Assembly: GCA_001949185.1 (NCBI GenBank)
Contig: BDGG01000017.1
Span: forward strand, 62,001-126,000
DNA length: 64,000 nucleotides
Reading direction: 5' to 3'
From: Ramazzottius varieornatus
Lineage: Eukaryota; Animalia; Tardigrada
The position numbers and the translations under genes are program-made. Shown in pieces: positions 14,551 through 27,200 of this stretch. How positions within the stretch are numbered: position 1 is the stretch's first letter; every line of letters starts with the position of its first letter. The notes under the pieces are model-generated. The model did no database searches and was not told the DNA's origin. It saw only the letters and a list, made by a program, of their open reading frames with translations.

Positions 14551-14771
14551 CAGTAGAACTTTAAAGTGCCAATGATGCGGGACAGGTTTGGATCCGGGTG
14601 CTTGTAGAAAGACCGCGCGGATGGTGGGTGAAATGTCTGGTCAAAGTGTGTATCGAACAGCTGATCGCTATGACATGACACATAACAGCCAAAACAGCGT
14701 GTACCGGGGGGATTCTTTACGCGGACCCGGACCAATCTTGTCCCACTTCATTGGCACTTTAAAGTATGCTG
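14551..14771. mobile_element. MITE with ~45-bp imperfect inverted repeats
   Basis: actttaaagtgccaatga..gggaca..ccggg at the left end is inverted at ~14722-14771; the left end reads TA|CAGTAG. Confidence 0.6.
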
Positions 14772-15292
14772 TTAGTGTACTGTATGCTGAGGACTGATGC
14801 CGGAAATGCGCCTACCGGTACAGTGTAGGAGAAGTTGGTCGAGATGAACGCTGGTACGATTGGGTTAGTCCTGCAGAAAGAGAGTGTCTCAAACACCTTG
14901 ACCCTGAGTATTAGTAGTAGTCTGAGTTACACGGTAGTTCTTCCCCGCCCCCCCCCCATTTTATTGAGAAATAAAAATCAGAAGAGTATGAAGGGTAGGA
15001 TGGCGGTCATGGCGGTTAAGAAATTCGCGAGATGCAAAGCGCGTGAATGAACTCGTGTGCTGAGAATGTCTCATCGAGACGGCTTCATGAACATATTCGT
15101 GCGGGACAATATCCGACGGAAAACCAGGAGGAGCTAGCAGCCGGACATGACCAACTACTAGACGGAATCAACGATCAAGGAAATACATTTTAGCTGGCCA
15201 GCAACAGTACGTGTACGCCATGCAATGCATACCGGGAGTACCATCAAGCAAGCCGTGCTTCGGCAGCTCTGAAGTCCTGCACAATCTCTTGC

Positions 15293-15858
15293 TTGTACAT
15301 TCACGCGTGGATCATACCTTGGCTGATTATTCGATGCGGTAGCCAGAAAAGGCCAACCTTACGAGATACCGACATGTTCCTTCCCGACGAAAGCGCCAAT
15401 TTGTCACACCATTGCAGCACAGCATTAGAGTTTGATGCTCCCATAGTACTGGCATTGATTATCCACCCTGTCGTTTTGTTCAAAATGGTAGAACTGTTCA
15501 CGGGGCGGAGATAGGTGGCGCGCTCTTCGGGTTCTTCAGACTTTCGCCAGGCTCACAACGAAACCGAGCAAGAACTCTGAAGCCAATCTCACATAATGTA
15601 GCACCCAATACTGCCAAGAAGAGGGGCAGCAATTTCCTGACATTATCCTTGCTGATAGGGAGTCTGATCATGACATGCACGGTTGTACCAGCACAAGTCT
15701 ACTGCACCTTGTCGACGTTCCGTGTGGCACCCACAGACGTGCACCCGACTAGCTGGCTTCTGTATGCCGTCAATTATTTTCCTGATCCTTTACTGCTCCT
15801 TTTTTCGATCAGCCGTTCACGTGCCGTCCCCAGAACTTTCTTTCCAAGTCGCCGGTAA
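15293..15858 (+). pseudogene. Decayed class A GPCR-like remnant (TM4-TM7)
   Basis: Hydrophobic segments HAWIIPWLII, APIVLALIIHPVVLFK, LLIGSLIMTCTVVPAQVY and LLYAVNYFPDPLLLLFS (DPxxx TM7-like) are interrupted by a stop and a frame change. Confidence 0.45.
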
Positions 15859-16167
15859 CTGTTTTCCTACTGTTTCCCGCGGCATCGGATGGTTATGTAG
15901 TCAGCATTTCTGCTGTATTTTTTGCACTCCAGGGGTAAGCTTGTCGACGCTCTGTTTACCACCGGACAGTTCAGAACCATCACCGAAGCTAGGATACCAA
16001 AAGACACACCAACTTTATTTGGGAAGTTTCAAGAAGTCTACAATCGTATCGGTTCAGTAACCGTAAGTTGATGCAAATGTTATTCAGATGTACAGAGCAG
16101 ATCCAGGTTTTGATCTACATGTACGCTGTGATTTCAAAAGCAACTCTGCCAACTGTTGGGATTAGGA

Positions 16168-16851
16168 TCAGAATCGAGCAACCCATCCGAGCGTTGCCGT
16201 AACAGTACCAATCAGTAGAAAGCGTCCGATGCAAGCTTTGTGTGATCCATTGCATAAATCACCGTCACAAAGGCAGCGTCCGGCGTTACATCCCATTGCT
16301 TCGCTGTTGCGAACCGTACATGAGCGGCTCATGCCACCTGGCGATGAAATTTCCCCGTTAGCGCTTTGATAACACCGTGTACGCAACCTATTTACCAAGA
16401 AAGACCTCCCTAGGTCACCAAAAGGTCTCCACAACATATCAGAAGGATTGATACCACGAACAGAGACTTTTCTAGAAGCAGAACTTTTGCCCACACAAGT
16501 CCCGTCCGAAAGCTGCACAGGATTAATAGCGTGTTCCGCCAGCTAGTGACAATGTTTCGTCGGTCACTCACCAGTACTCCATTGCTTGAGACAGACTCCA
16601 TTGGTGATGCCCTGTGATTCGCACGTATTGGATGGTACTTTATGGTTATCCACAGCGCCTCGTGCGCATGCATCATCATTTGCGATTGTTACACAGTTAT
16701 AACACCGGAGCCCATAGCCTGCAACCTGAGGTCGTGGATTCATTGTTCCGCCAATTTTAATACAGGAACGCCAGTCAAGATGCTTCTACTCACCGACAGG
16801 AAGACAGCATACCACTAGCAATACGGTCCCGAATCTCGAGAGACTGTGCAT
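16168..16851 (-). CDS. Ly6/uPAR quiver/sleepless-like protein, copy 4 (middle junction uncertain, possible micro-exon near 16495-16510)
   Basis: MHSLSRFGTVLLVVCCLPV | GYGLRCYNC...AC...TC...VCLK | ...RCLCDGDLCNGS plus hydrophobic tail. Confidence 0.82.
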
Positions 16852-17397
16852 GATTCAAGCGTATATCCACAACTACCTAATCCAACGCACAGTGTGCAGT
16901 CACAGAAGACGGAAACCAAGAGGTAAAAAGGATCGTGCAGAGAGCAAGTGCCTAGTGGCCGATGCGGGCTGACTTTTGCTTCTTATGCTGGCGATATTAC
17001 AGTTCGTTCAGCCTAGCGGAACTGATTCGTAAAACTGGGCGTTTATACGTGTACTGGTTGATCCGATGCAGCTGTATTTGCACGGTCCTTTTTACGGGTT
17101 ATTAATGGCCTATAAACCTTCGGCAATAGAAAATCTCGGACGGAAAGGATCGATCGGCGGAACAAAGCAACAAAGCAACTTAGGTGGCAATCTGCGAGGC
17201 TTACGCCAAAGTTTGAAGAATGAGAGATTTGAATTACAAGTCGGCATCAGCCTTCCGGGGAACACTGCCTGGAACTTATTCTGGAAAGATATCAGTTGTC
17301 CCAAATCGAAGTGCTTTCTGCATGTGGCGAAAGACGTATTTAACAAATACGTGTTAAACGAACGTGATATCAAAAAAGGTGCATTGCCATAGAAAAA

Positions 17398-17945
17398 TCA
17401 GCTTTGTAGGTCGAGCAGCCACCTAATTAAGAAAAAGCCGATTGATAAAGCAACTGGTAAAGCGAAATCAAGTTTCTTCGCTCCATTGCACAAATCTTGA
17501 CTGCAAACGCAACGATCGCTTGTGCAAGTGAAGGGTTCGTTGGGATTCAACCGAGGTGCGCAGCCCCGTTCGGTGATCGGACCTTGTAATCCTTTAAAGA
17601 AAACTCATAGCTTACAAAACAGCTCATGAACGGACTACTCAGAAATACGCACATTGCCAGTATACTCGTACCAGTGTCGCATGTTGTCTTACCTTTAGTG
17701 ATGAATTTATAGCAAACTTGCTCGCCATACGGGGAACATGGTCTTTTAGTCATACTGTCCTTGTTAGATTCCCCTTGAGCGCACCCCGGATTCCCTCCAA
17801 GGCACTCATAACACATGAGTCCATCCCCTATGGATGAAAATATCAGACTTAACCCAACTTCCGGGTGAAGGGGGAAGGGCGACTTACCATAAGATATACA
17901 AGCCGCAGTGCACAAGAGGCATAAAACGAGGGAGAGGGCGCGCAT
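17398..17945 (-). CDS. Ly6/uPAR quiver/sleepless-like protein, copy 5 (3 exons)
   Basis: MRALSLVLCLLCTAACISY | GDGLMCYEC...GC...PC...VCYK | GLQGPITERGC...TC...RCVCSQDLCNG...hydrophobic tail; stop TGA at 17400-17398. Confidence 0.88.
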
Positions 17946-18138
17946 GATATCAGCTGGTCCCTGGGATGGCTTTCAGCGACACCGCCCGTCGAATCCGAAT
18001 TTGATCAGAATCTGAAAATATTATTCAATATGCGCTCCTCTCAAGTTCGCAACTCCCAAGGATGGCGGTTGGAACACACTGGGCAATAACGGCTGAATAA
18101 CGCTTCTGACAGTATAGGTACCTGACTGGCACACTGTA

Positions 18139-18370
18139 CTGTTTGTTCGGGCGGAAACCTCTGCCACGAACTGGGCGTTGGTCGATTGTAACATTTAACG
18201 ATTCAGTATCAAAGCAGGCACAAACGCTGTTTATTGTTGAAATCGACCGTAGACATAACGTAGCTTTGATACAGTGTCGGTGACAATTGTATACGCGTAC
18301 GTCACTGTTCGCTGAAGTTCGCTCGCCAACGCCCAGTTCGTGGCATAGAAGTTTCCGCCCAAAGAAACAG
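18139..18370. mobile_element. TA-flanked MITE with ~42-bp inverted repeats
   Basis: ctgtttgttcgggcggaaacctctgccacgaactgggcgttgg is inverted against ccaacgcccagttcgtggcatagaagtttccgcccaaagaaacag; TA on both sides. Confidence 0.7.
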
Positions 18371-19034
18371 TACTCCGGTAGGTGGCGCTGCTGGAATGGC
18401 GAATGTGCCTGATGTTCCTTAGTGCAACCTGTAAAGTTAAGAGCTTCTGCTTAGAGCACAATCAGTGGTGCATAGAACATAGCAGAGCTTGGTGAAAAAG
18501 TCAGCTGTAGCTGTATATGTGGTATCTTCTTGGAACCAGTTTTACGCCATCCGGTCGAGTCCGAACGTTGTTTGTATGGTGTTCCTGGTACACTGGTGAA
18601 GTGCTGCGGCGTTTACCTGTCTTGCTGGGAAATTCTGCTACCGTCCGACGACGAATCCGTGGGATCGGCTGGAGCAATGACATCGTTTGCTTCTGGCAAA
18701 ACAGGCGCAGACGGACCAGCACTGGGCAAGGCATGGGGACGTGCCTTGCACAAAAGCCCTTGTGGCACTTCACCGCCACAAGATTAATTCCAGCTAATCT
18801 ACGTTCATCCTCCTTTGTTCCAAGGCAAAGTTGAGTGACATCATTAATTTCTGCAAAGGTGAAGGTAACAGCTAATCCTAGCCACAAGGTGCGAACCATT
18901 TCTATAGCTCATAAGACTCAGATTCCCGGTCGTTTCCTAACGTCGTCCCACTTGTCAGATGGCTCTTAGTCCAGCGACTTAACTTTTGCATGCCTATCCC
19001 GATTGACCGGCTTTATGGTTTACACACACTAGAA

Positions 19035-19550
19035 ATGTGGCCGATTACAAATTTAGTAAAGTGTGTTGTCCTAGGTCTGCTGACCATTGTATCCGTTCAT
19101 GGTTTCGCTTTGCGTCTCTTCCCATACGAGTACCCAGAAGATACTACTCGAATCACAAGGAAGCTCCAAAAACTGCCGCAAGGTACGGTAGCTGTTTTGG
19201 CCGCATTGATAGCAAGTTTCATAAAGAACTTCGATTTTGTGTTCGCAGTGGCTGTGCAGAAACCGAAGCAGAGCTTGTCTCCGGATCCGTTACCCCTTCA
19301 AGGAGCGCTGAACTTGCTGCTACCAACCGCAAGACTGTCTTCCGCCCCTGACCACCTCCTCAAGCCTTGGCAGGCGCATATGATACCGTCAGTCACCATG
19401 AAGACCTGCAACGACTACGTGAGCTGTAAGAAGGAGCTGGTGTCAATGTTGGAGAGAATCGTAAAGTTCAAACTGCTACTTGATGTTCAGGCCCAATTCC
19501 TGACGGCGCACCATCAATTCGTCAGCTTTGCCAGCAGAAAGAAACCTTGA
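19035..19550 (+). CDS. Secreted protein, GFAL/CxxYxxC family paralog 2 (probable 66-nt intron 19183-19248)
   Basis: Signal peptide ending VHG-FALRLF; phase-1 GTACGG...TTCGCAG intron; C-terminal TCNDYVSCKKELVSMLERIV helix. Confidence 0.78.
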   Translation: MWPITNLVKCVVLGLLTIVSVHGFALRLFPYEYPEDTTRITRKLQKLPQGTVAVLAALIASFIKNFDFVFAVAVQKPKQSLSPDPLPLQGALNLLLPTARLSSAPDHLLKPWQAHMIPSVTMKTCNDYVSCKKELVSMLERIVKFKLLLDVQAQFLTAHHQFVSFASRKKP

Positions 19551-19962
19551 TTCACCTGCTGGAACCTCGACATACAATCTCCGTTGTTATTCTTATGGTT
19601 CATTTTTGCATTGGTCGTCGCAGTACGTAGCACTTCGCTAAGTCAACGTAGTTACGGTATTTGGTGCCGTCTGTCGATCATCCATATTTCTAACCCATTG
19701 ATTTAAAATAAAATACATACGTCCCAAAGTCAAGCTCAATAACTCCATTGGATACACCGCGCGTAAATTCGTATTGCGCATTGCTCGCATTATATGGTTT
19801 CACGACCATTCGATCTTTTCCGTTTGACGAATGCAAAAATTGCGACTGACGTGCCACGACTCGCAAAGGATCCTCAGTAAGTGCCTATCGACGTCATGGA
19901 GCGTTCAGACCTTTATGCGGCTTTCCCTCCTTTGAACGATTGATAGAGATTGTTTCCTCTTA

Positions 19963-20580
19963 CGAGGGAACGGTCAGGACGATCATACGCCGATCTTCGT
20001 TTTGATGCTTTCACCTGATAGGTATGTTTCTTGGCTTACTATAAAGGGCAGGAAGTGGTGCTATGAACACCTCCCTGGAGCTGGAGAAAATCCTGAAAGC
20101 TTGGAGCTATTGTCTACTCCGTATAGCACCACTGAGTTCTTGGAGTGTCTACTGGTCCTTGTGTCTTGGGTGGCATGGAGTCAGCGCCAAAAAAACGAAT
20201 TAAATGAACTCCTGAACACCTTCACTGTTTCAGATAAGTCAAAGAAAGTTTTCGATTATCATCCACAATTTTGACAGAGACCACCACGGAAGGAAACATC
20301 GATGAAAATCGAAAATTTTTTCTCTGCCCTGGCGGAAACAGTAACAGTGCTCAGGAGTGCATTTGTCTCTCTTTTTTGCCCACGATACAAGGACCAGTGG
20401 ACACCCCAGGAACCTAGTGGTGCTATCCAGGGTAGACAATGGCTCCACGCTTTCAGGATTTGCTCCAGGGAGGCGTTCATAGCACCACTTCCTGCTCTTT
20501 ACAGTAAGCCAAGAGACATACCTATCAGGTAAAAGCATCAAAACGAAGATCGGCGTATGATCGTCCTGACCGATCCATCG
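19963..20580. mobile_element. Foldback/MITE element with ~280-bp inverted arms
   Basis: Near-identical ORFs on opposite strands (MMLSPDRYVSWLTIKGRKWCYE / MMLLPDRYVSWLTVKSRKWCYE). The left end TA|CGAGGG resembles mariner-type termini. Confidence 0.75.
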
Positions 20581-21230
20581 TTAGCACTCATTCTTGTGGC
20601 ATTTTCTGGTTCTCTGAATATTTTGGCTTTGTATCTGCAGTCCGTCAAGAGTTTACTAAGTAGCACAGTCGCAGTCGCTAGCGACCATTTCTGTCTGGAT
20701 AGACTGAGACTGAAAACCATTAAACAACAACAGCAACAATATTCTAGTTTCAGTCTGCGGTAATTTGCTAGCGGTGGATCCGCCTAGGCCGGACTACCGA
20801 GCTGCGCAACTTTACTCTGTGAAACAGCGAAGGACAACGATAAGCCGCGTGTGCCTAATTGATGAGCTCCCGGTTACATGGCCCGCCCTTGTTCCCGGCA
20901 ACATGAGCAGAGGGATTCAAAAAGACATGCCTTGCACAGATAGTAAGCTGCGTACATCGCCTGTAGGTGCATCGTCAAACTGTGCGAGCTAATAAAACTG
21001 TACGTGGTAGTTATCATTCCGTTGGGAAACTCTGTTCGGGCACAAAGGCTGTCCAGAAGCTACCCTCTTTTGTCAGTCTAACGGAACAGCGTCCTCGAAC
21101 ACGCAGTGGCCGAAACTACTGTTTCCGCAGGACGTTTTGACTATCTTTATAAAAATTAAATCCAGTTGCTGAACGACTGACGCTGCCGAGCTCGTCCTTA
21201 TTCTTCCTTCCGACAGCGCAACCGGGAGCC

Positions 21231-21900
21231 ATGAAGCGTGTCCCAGGCTTGCTCGTGATATTTCTTCTGGCGGTCTTGCCTGACCTTGTCCACGGCTTTG
21301 CTCTTCGACTTTTCAACTCCGAAGTCTATAACAAGCTGAAGAGCTATGGGGCGAAGGAAACGCTGAAACCTTACATGGCCCTCACCGGACCGGCAGTACT
21401 ACCAGCAGGTAACCCTCATCCTGAGTTTTTATCAGATGCAAATTTGATAGCTATCAGACTGCTGTTTAATAATTTGACAATCAGCCCTGGTCGCTTCAAT
21501 GATAAAACTTTAATGCTGAAACCCCACTCTTGGACGATACCAGCCTCGTTTTTTTTAACGAGCCCTGAATTCCTGAGTGAGGCAGATTCAGCCTTCGTTA
21601 ATACAACGTCCGAAATTCGGCAACTGTGTTGTGTCAGTTCCAAACGATGATTGCAGTGGTCGTGTTACAGTCTAAGTGTCTTTCTTTTTAGGGCCAAGAC
21701 TTACAGGAATGGGACGCCTCTTCACCCATCAGCCGGATGAAGGTCGGCGTAGAGACCCTAGCGGTGTCGTATTTCGTCCGGTGTTCGGGCAAAAGTTACT
21801 GGAAGACTGTGGGGACTACACCCGCTGTAAGGCCCAACTGCTACGAATCCTGACCAGCAATCTGAACAAACAGCGTCAGTCTCATTTGCCCCATGCCTAA
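21231..21900 (+). CDS. Secreted prohormone-like protein, GFAL/CxxYxxC family paralog 3 (best model: exons 21231-21408, 21692-21900)
   Basis: Signal peptide ending VHG-FALRLF; phase-1 intron GTAACC...TTTTTAG; EGRRR site followed by DPSGVVFRPVFGQKLLEDCGDYTRCKAQLLRIL. Confidence 0.75.
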
Positions 21901-23090
21901 ATCCTTACTTCTTTCCCATTTATCCGCGCCAAATTTAAACTGGATACCGTACCATTTTCTTCTGTACGAGGAACAGACTCGCACTCGTACTGCAACAGCT
22001 ATTTTTAGCTTCCCGATATTCTACGATACTCGATCTTTTTTTTAGACTTTTAATCAAAATCGGGATCAGCATTGGCTGCTTGATATTACTTGTTCCTTTC
22101 TAAACACTGCGTGACCGAAATCCTCGATACAAACTGTCCCCTGCAAAAACTTACTGCGTCACTAATCAGATTTCAACACGAGCGTCAAGGGCAAGTTGCA
22201 CACTACCCCGAACTCACACAAAGTGAGCGTCACACATAGTACGGAGCGACCGGACTTTGGCTGTGACCCTCCGGTTTTAATTACAGAAGGCGTTCAGCAA
22301 TATCTTTTATGTTTGACGACAACACACAAGGCGAACTTGTTCTGTTCTGAGTGTTGATTTTGGATACTAGGTTAGTGCGCAGTAATGCTGCGTACTTTTT
22401 GACGTCAGATATTTCTCCACTAAAACTACGCATGCTATCTGATGCGATGGCAATACTGTTACGTATTGAATTTGTTGCAGAGGTCTATGTATTGGACTAG
22501 ATAAATTGACTCGCCGATCACGCCGATGGTTTATCGGCATATCACACCGCAGCCGGGAATGCTACCCTGCCCATAATTTCTACGGGCTGCATGTCGTCGT
22601 CAACTTTGTCATGCATGTTCAATTGGTTTGTCCTCCACGCTCCATCGATTACATTATTACAAGGTTTTCCAGCTATTATGTACAACCTTGTTTATTATCG
22701 TTCGTGCAGAAGAGCGCTATGAGAAAAATGTACATATAAACGGGTTCATGAACCCAGGTGCGTTGGTTTTAGCTCGGGATTTAACAAAGCCGGCGGTGGG
22801 TTCCCGAGGCTTCGAAGAGATATATGGCGATCAAGCAGCGTGTCAGTCTGAAGGCCCACAGCCAGACCAATCACTTTTCGAATTAGTCGGGACGACCGGG
22901 ACAACTTCAGTTGATTAATCCATGAGCGTCTGGCTGCCTCGCAAAGTGGCGGTGCCCTTTTCGTGTCGACGTATCACAACATGTATGCCAAGGTAGCACC
23001 TCAGACACTGCAGCAGTTTACATAAATAACCTTGGAACCTAATCGCGATTGTCAAAAATATCTGTCGGATTTCTGGGTGTCTTATACTAC

Positions 23091-23603
23091 GGTTGTGCAT
23101 TCCAAGTTCCATTCCTGTCCATATTCCGTTCCTTTCCAGGAATATCTCTCCGTTCCAAAGGGCTAGGATTTGGAACGGCGGAATTCCAATTTTGGAAAAC
23201 AGGTGAAATCTAGAAAACTAGTAGGAATTCCATGAGGAATTTCGCTGTTTTTCAGATTTTGCTCATAAATTAACGGATCACTTGGTCGAAGGTCTCTCGA
23301 ACCCACAACAATGGTGGGTTTTATGGGATGCCCCGTCAGCTTTTTCGACGTGGCTGTGATATCTGGGGGTTAGCAGGAATACTTTGGGCCGCAAAGGCAT
23401 TCGTCCGCATGGTACAAGCATTATTCGCGTAGAAAGTGCACATCTGGATCGATATCCCCCACAAAAACATACGTTTTCACAGTGTTCTGGATTTCCAAGT
23501 TTCCATCGGAGAATTTTAGAAAAGAAAAAAAGGAAAATAGGAATATTGGAAATTCCTTTCCTATTTTCCATTCCATGAGGGTTATGGCCTGGAATGCACA
23601 ACC
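23091..23603. mobile_element. MITE with 14-bp TIR and possible 9-bp TSD (Mutator-like)
   Basis: GGTTGTGCATTCCA ... TGGAATGCACAACC; flanks ttatactac / ttatattat (7 of 9 identical); internal GGAA/TTCC-rich sub-repeats. Confidence 0.55.
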
Positions 23604-24209
23604 TTATATTATACAGTATCCGTGGTGTCAAGGTCGGGACGTTTGGGTTAACGACAGTTCAAGCGCTGATTAAGATACCCGTGTATCCGCGTTTTCTGGA
23701 TGGAGATTAGTTCTACTTGTCCGTGTCAGTTAAGCTGTAATTACGAAGAGCCAACAGTGAACAGGCCAAACTGCGTGCCATCCTCATAACCGAGTGCGGA
23801 AGATGAAGGACTACAAATTAATTATAGCAGACAGAAAATAAATCCGCGACGTAAAGAACGGCGTAGTATTCAGGACCTGGTAGGTTCTCTTGCACTGAAG
23901 AAATCAACAGAGTACCCGTGGTCGCATGACTCAAAACTGAACGCCAATGGGTACCGGGAAACATCAAGTGGCCACGGGTGCGCTGATGGTGATGTCTACA
24001 GGATCGCTTCGTCTTCCCTAGTTGTCTGACGTCGTGATGAGCCACACCCTTTCTTCGGACGTTGACAACGTTGTCAGTTCAGTTGTCACCTTCAAGCTCG
24101 GCAGTTGATTGATGATGTGAATGTTCCGTTGATTGTGCCCTGAGCTTCCGAAATCCGAAGTCAGCTCAGTGCTCAGTCATTTGCATTTTGCAGAGACGAG
24201 CTGTCGAAC

Positions 24210-27200
24210 ATGGCCTTGGTGAATCGGTGAATTGATTGATTGGCATACAATTCAGCAGGGCCATGTTCAGCAGCTCTAGTCATTTGCTACTAGTCGTTCC
24301 ATGCATAATTCTACTGCCGAGGTATCCTCCGGCAGTGTTCCCAGCTAACGAAGATGCTAGGTTTCCGAATGGATCAATAAGCTAGCCGGAATTCTGTGGA
24401 TGCGCTTTTGCAGGTGAAATGTCGCGGTAAGCTCGCACAGTGTGGAATCATTAAACAATTATTCACAGTCTGGAGTGTCTCCGGACCGGGTTTTCTCGTA
24501 GGATTCGCTGGCAATGCAGCCTTGGCGCAACCCCATTTTCATTACTTATCAGCAACAAATTCCAGCTGCCCCTCATCAGACGCTGTCTGCAGACGCGGAC
24601 AGCTGTGCAGCCAGCCAGACGCGATGAAGTCAGGACGAACAAATCCCGTTTCGGCGTCTCCCCTCGACAAAATCCCTACACTCATCAACTACCTCATCTT
24701 CCTGTCCCGCCGCTCCAGCAAACACTGGACAAATATTTCAAGTCACTGGAACCTCTTCTCTCCGACGGCGAACTTCAGCATACCCAGAAAGTGAGCTTGC
24801 AACGCGTATTTCACACTGGTGAATAATTAACACAATGCGTTGGTTATCACCCGGGCGTGCTCCTAGCTCCAACTGGTGTGGGTCGGGTGTTGATTTACGG
24901 ATGCATGCTGCAGTGCGCTGCTTTGTTGGAATATGGCGAATAATATTAACATGTGTTGGTTTTAGCTGTTAACAGCATTTGCTCGACCCGGAGGAGATGG
25001 AGAAAAGCTGCAGCAGCTATTGGAGAGCAGAGCTGAAGAAACAGAAAACTGGGTAATTTTTTCTGGGACTTTATCGACTTTGTGAATCGAATTTAGGTTC
25101 AACTTGGAACTGTGTTTCAGTTGGAAGAATGGTGGATTCAAAAGGCATACCTCGACTCTCGTGTACCTCTGCCTGTCAACGTCAGCCCAGGCATCGTCTT
25201 TCCTCAACAGTCCTTCGCTGGCACCGAGGGGCAGCTCCGAGCAGCTGCTTATTTCGTGTCGAAAATACTAGAGTTTCGAGAGTTGATCAACTCTGGCCAG
25301 CTTGAACCAGATATGATGAAGAAGACACCTTTAGACATGGCACAATACTTGAAAATATTTGGCAGCCACCGTATACCTAGTGGCACGCATGACGAGATTT
25401 TTGCTGGTGGAGAGAATGAAGAACGACCGTACATCGTCGTCATTCATAAAAATTCGGTATGGAAATTAGCATCGAATATAAAGATCGGCGAACAAACTCA
25501 AAAAGATCATCGTTCCAAGTGGCGCACCCTGTCAGCCAAGAACAACATAAAAATGCGCCACTTGGGAAACAAGCTGGATGAGCTCGTTTTTTCAAGTGGC
25601 TCACGTTTCCAGCCAGGTACACCAGAGATGTACGCCACTTGAAAAAATAATTAAACTGGGCAGGAGCCTCTTTCTCAAGTGGCGCACGTTGTCGGCCGGT
25701 AACACTGGAAACGTGCGGCACTTGGAAGAGCAACCTTGTCGATTCTGCTTGCTCAGCTCCCAGTTTTATCGAATGTTGTCGTTGGAAATAACTTATTGTT
25801 GATTCTTCTTCCAGTTTTTCCACGTTCCGATTCAGTCGGTAACCGGTCAGCCTTATACCGTGAACGAAATATTCCAGCACTTAATAAACGTGGTGGCGCA
25901 GACGAATGTCCATCAGAGTATCCCCGTGGGTATATTGACGACGCTGGATCGTTCAGCGTGGGCGCGCGTCTACAGGCACCTTCAGAAGAAGAAGCATAAT
26001 CGCCATGTGCTGAACCAGATTCATCATAGCCTTTTTGTCCTGTGCCTCGACTCGCTTGACGAAAGGAAGAGTTCAAAGAAAAGCGCCATGACTGACGCAG
26101 CGAGACAGGTCTTGCACGGAAATGGATCGGACGCCAATAGCGGCAATCGATGGTTCGACAAAACCTTGCAGGTTAATTCGTGAACCAATATCTAATATTC
26201 TGATTGTTGTAACAAAACCCAGGTCTGAGCGTGGCATTGCAAGCCCTTTGTTTAGCTCATAGTGGGTGCGAACGGGGTCTGTGGATGGAACTACGAGCAT
26301 ACCTTGATCGAAGGTCCTCCGCTCTTTCGCATGATGGAATACGTCATGAAGCAAACAGGCCCACCCTACGATTTTCCCTCACACTCCAGCGGAAACATGC
26401 GGAATGTATCACGACATGCCACAGCGTACGAGTCGAAGCCGATGCTTTGGGAACTCGACGAGGATGTCATATCGGCTGTCGGCTCGGCCAAAGCCAGCAT
26501 GGACACGTACGCATTCTCCCATGCCATATTCCGTTGGATATTTTTCATAATGAATAATTACTGTTTTCTTTCGTCTTTAGGGCAATAAAGGATGTGGATT
26601 TGGAAGTGATGGAATTTACCCAGTTTGGCAAAGACTTCATCAAAAGCCGGAAAATCAGTCCGGATAGTTTCTTCCAGATGGCGCTACAGCTCGCTTTCTA
26701 CCGGTACTTTACGTCTCTCTTGGTTTCTCGTGTCACGATCCTTGAGAGCACACTAGGACAGATGTCTTGTCTTGTAGGATGTACAATCAGATTCCTGCAA
26801 CGTACGAAAGCGCTTCGACACGACAGTTTCTAGGTGGTCGAACCGAAACAATCCGCTCAGCCAGCGAAGAATCAGGAAAGTTTGTCGAAGCCATGGTGGC
26901 TCACACTGGGCCATCCACTGTGAAGAAACTGCTGATGGAAGCTTGTGACGCTCATAAAAAATACGCTGCAGAGGTAACGCCTTCTTCTGTCACGATTCAC
27001 GAACATGGAAGTTGGGAAAAATACTGGACGATATTGTTCTCCCAAGTGGCGCATGCTTTCAACGCTATTGGCTGAAAGTGTGCGCCACCTGGTGAACGAA
27101 CTTGTCGAGTTTTCTGGTTGCGCACCTTTTTTCCCGGTAAAATTGAGAGGGTGCGCCGCCTGGAGGAGACCGTCTGTCGCGTTTGTCTGCCTCAGTTTCA

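Noticed and set aside
18530-18787. Possible fourth, decayed GFAL-family paralog (VPGTLVKC...PCG)
   Set aside because: Only short word matches; no FAL junction and no C-x2-Y-x2-C module.
25456-25642. Recurring peptide KWRTLSA...RHL in several ORFs as a protein repeat domain
   Set aside because: It is the translation of the intronic DNA palindrome. It appears on both strands and is removed by the splicing that restores CRAT, UGT, DPH7 and cic.
25517-25723. CRISPR-like reading of the repeat-spacer units
   Set aside because: The repeats are inverted pairs, the spacers are homologous to each other, the context is eukaryotic introns, and there are no cas genes.
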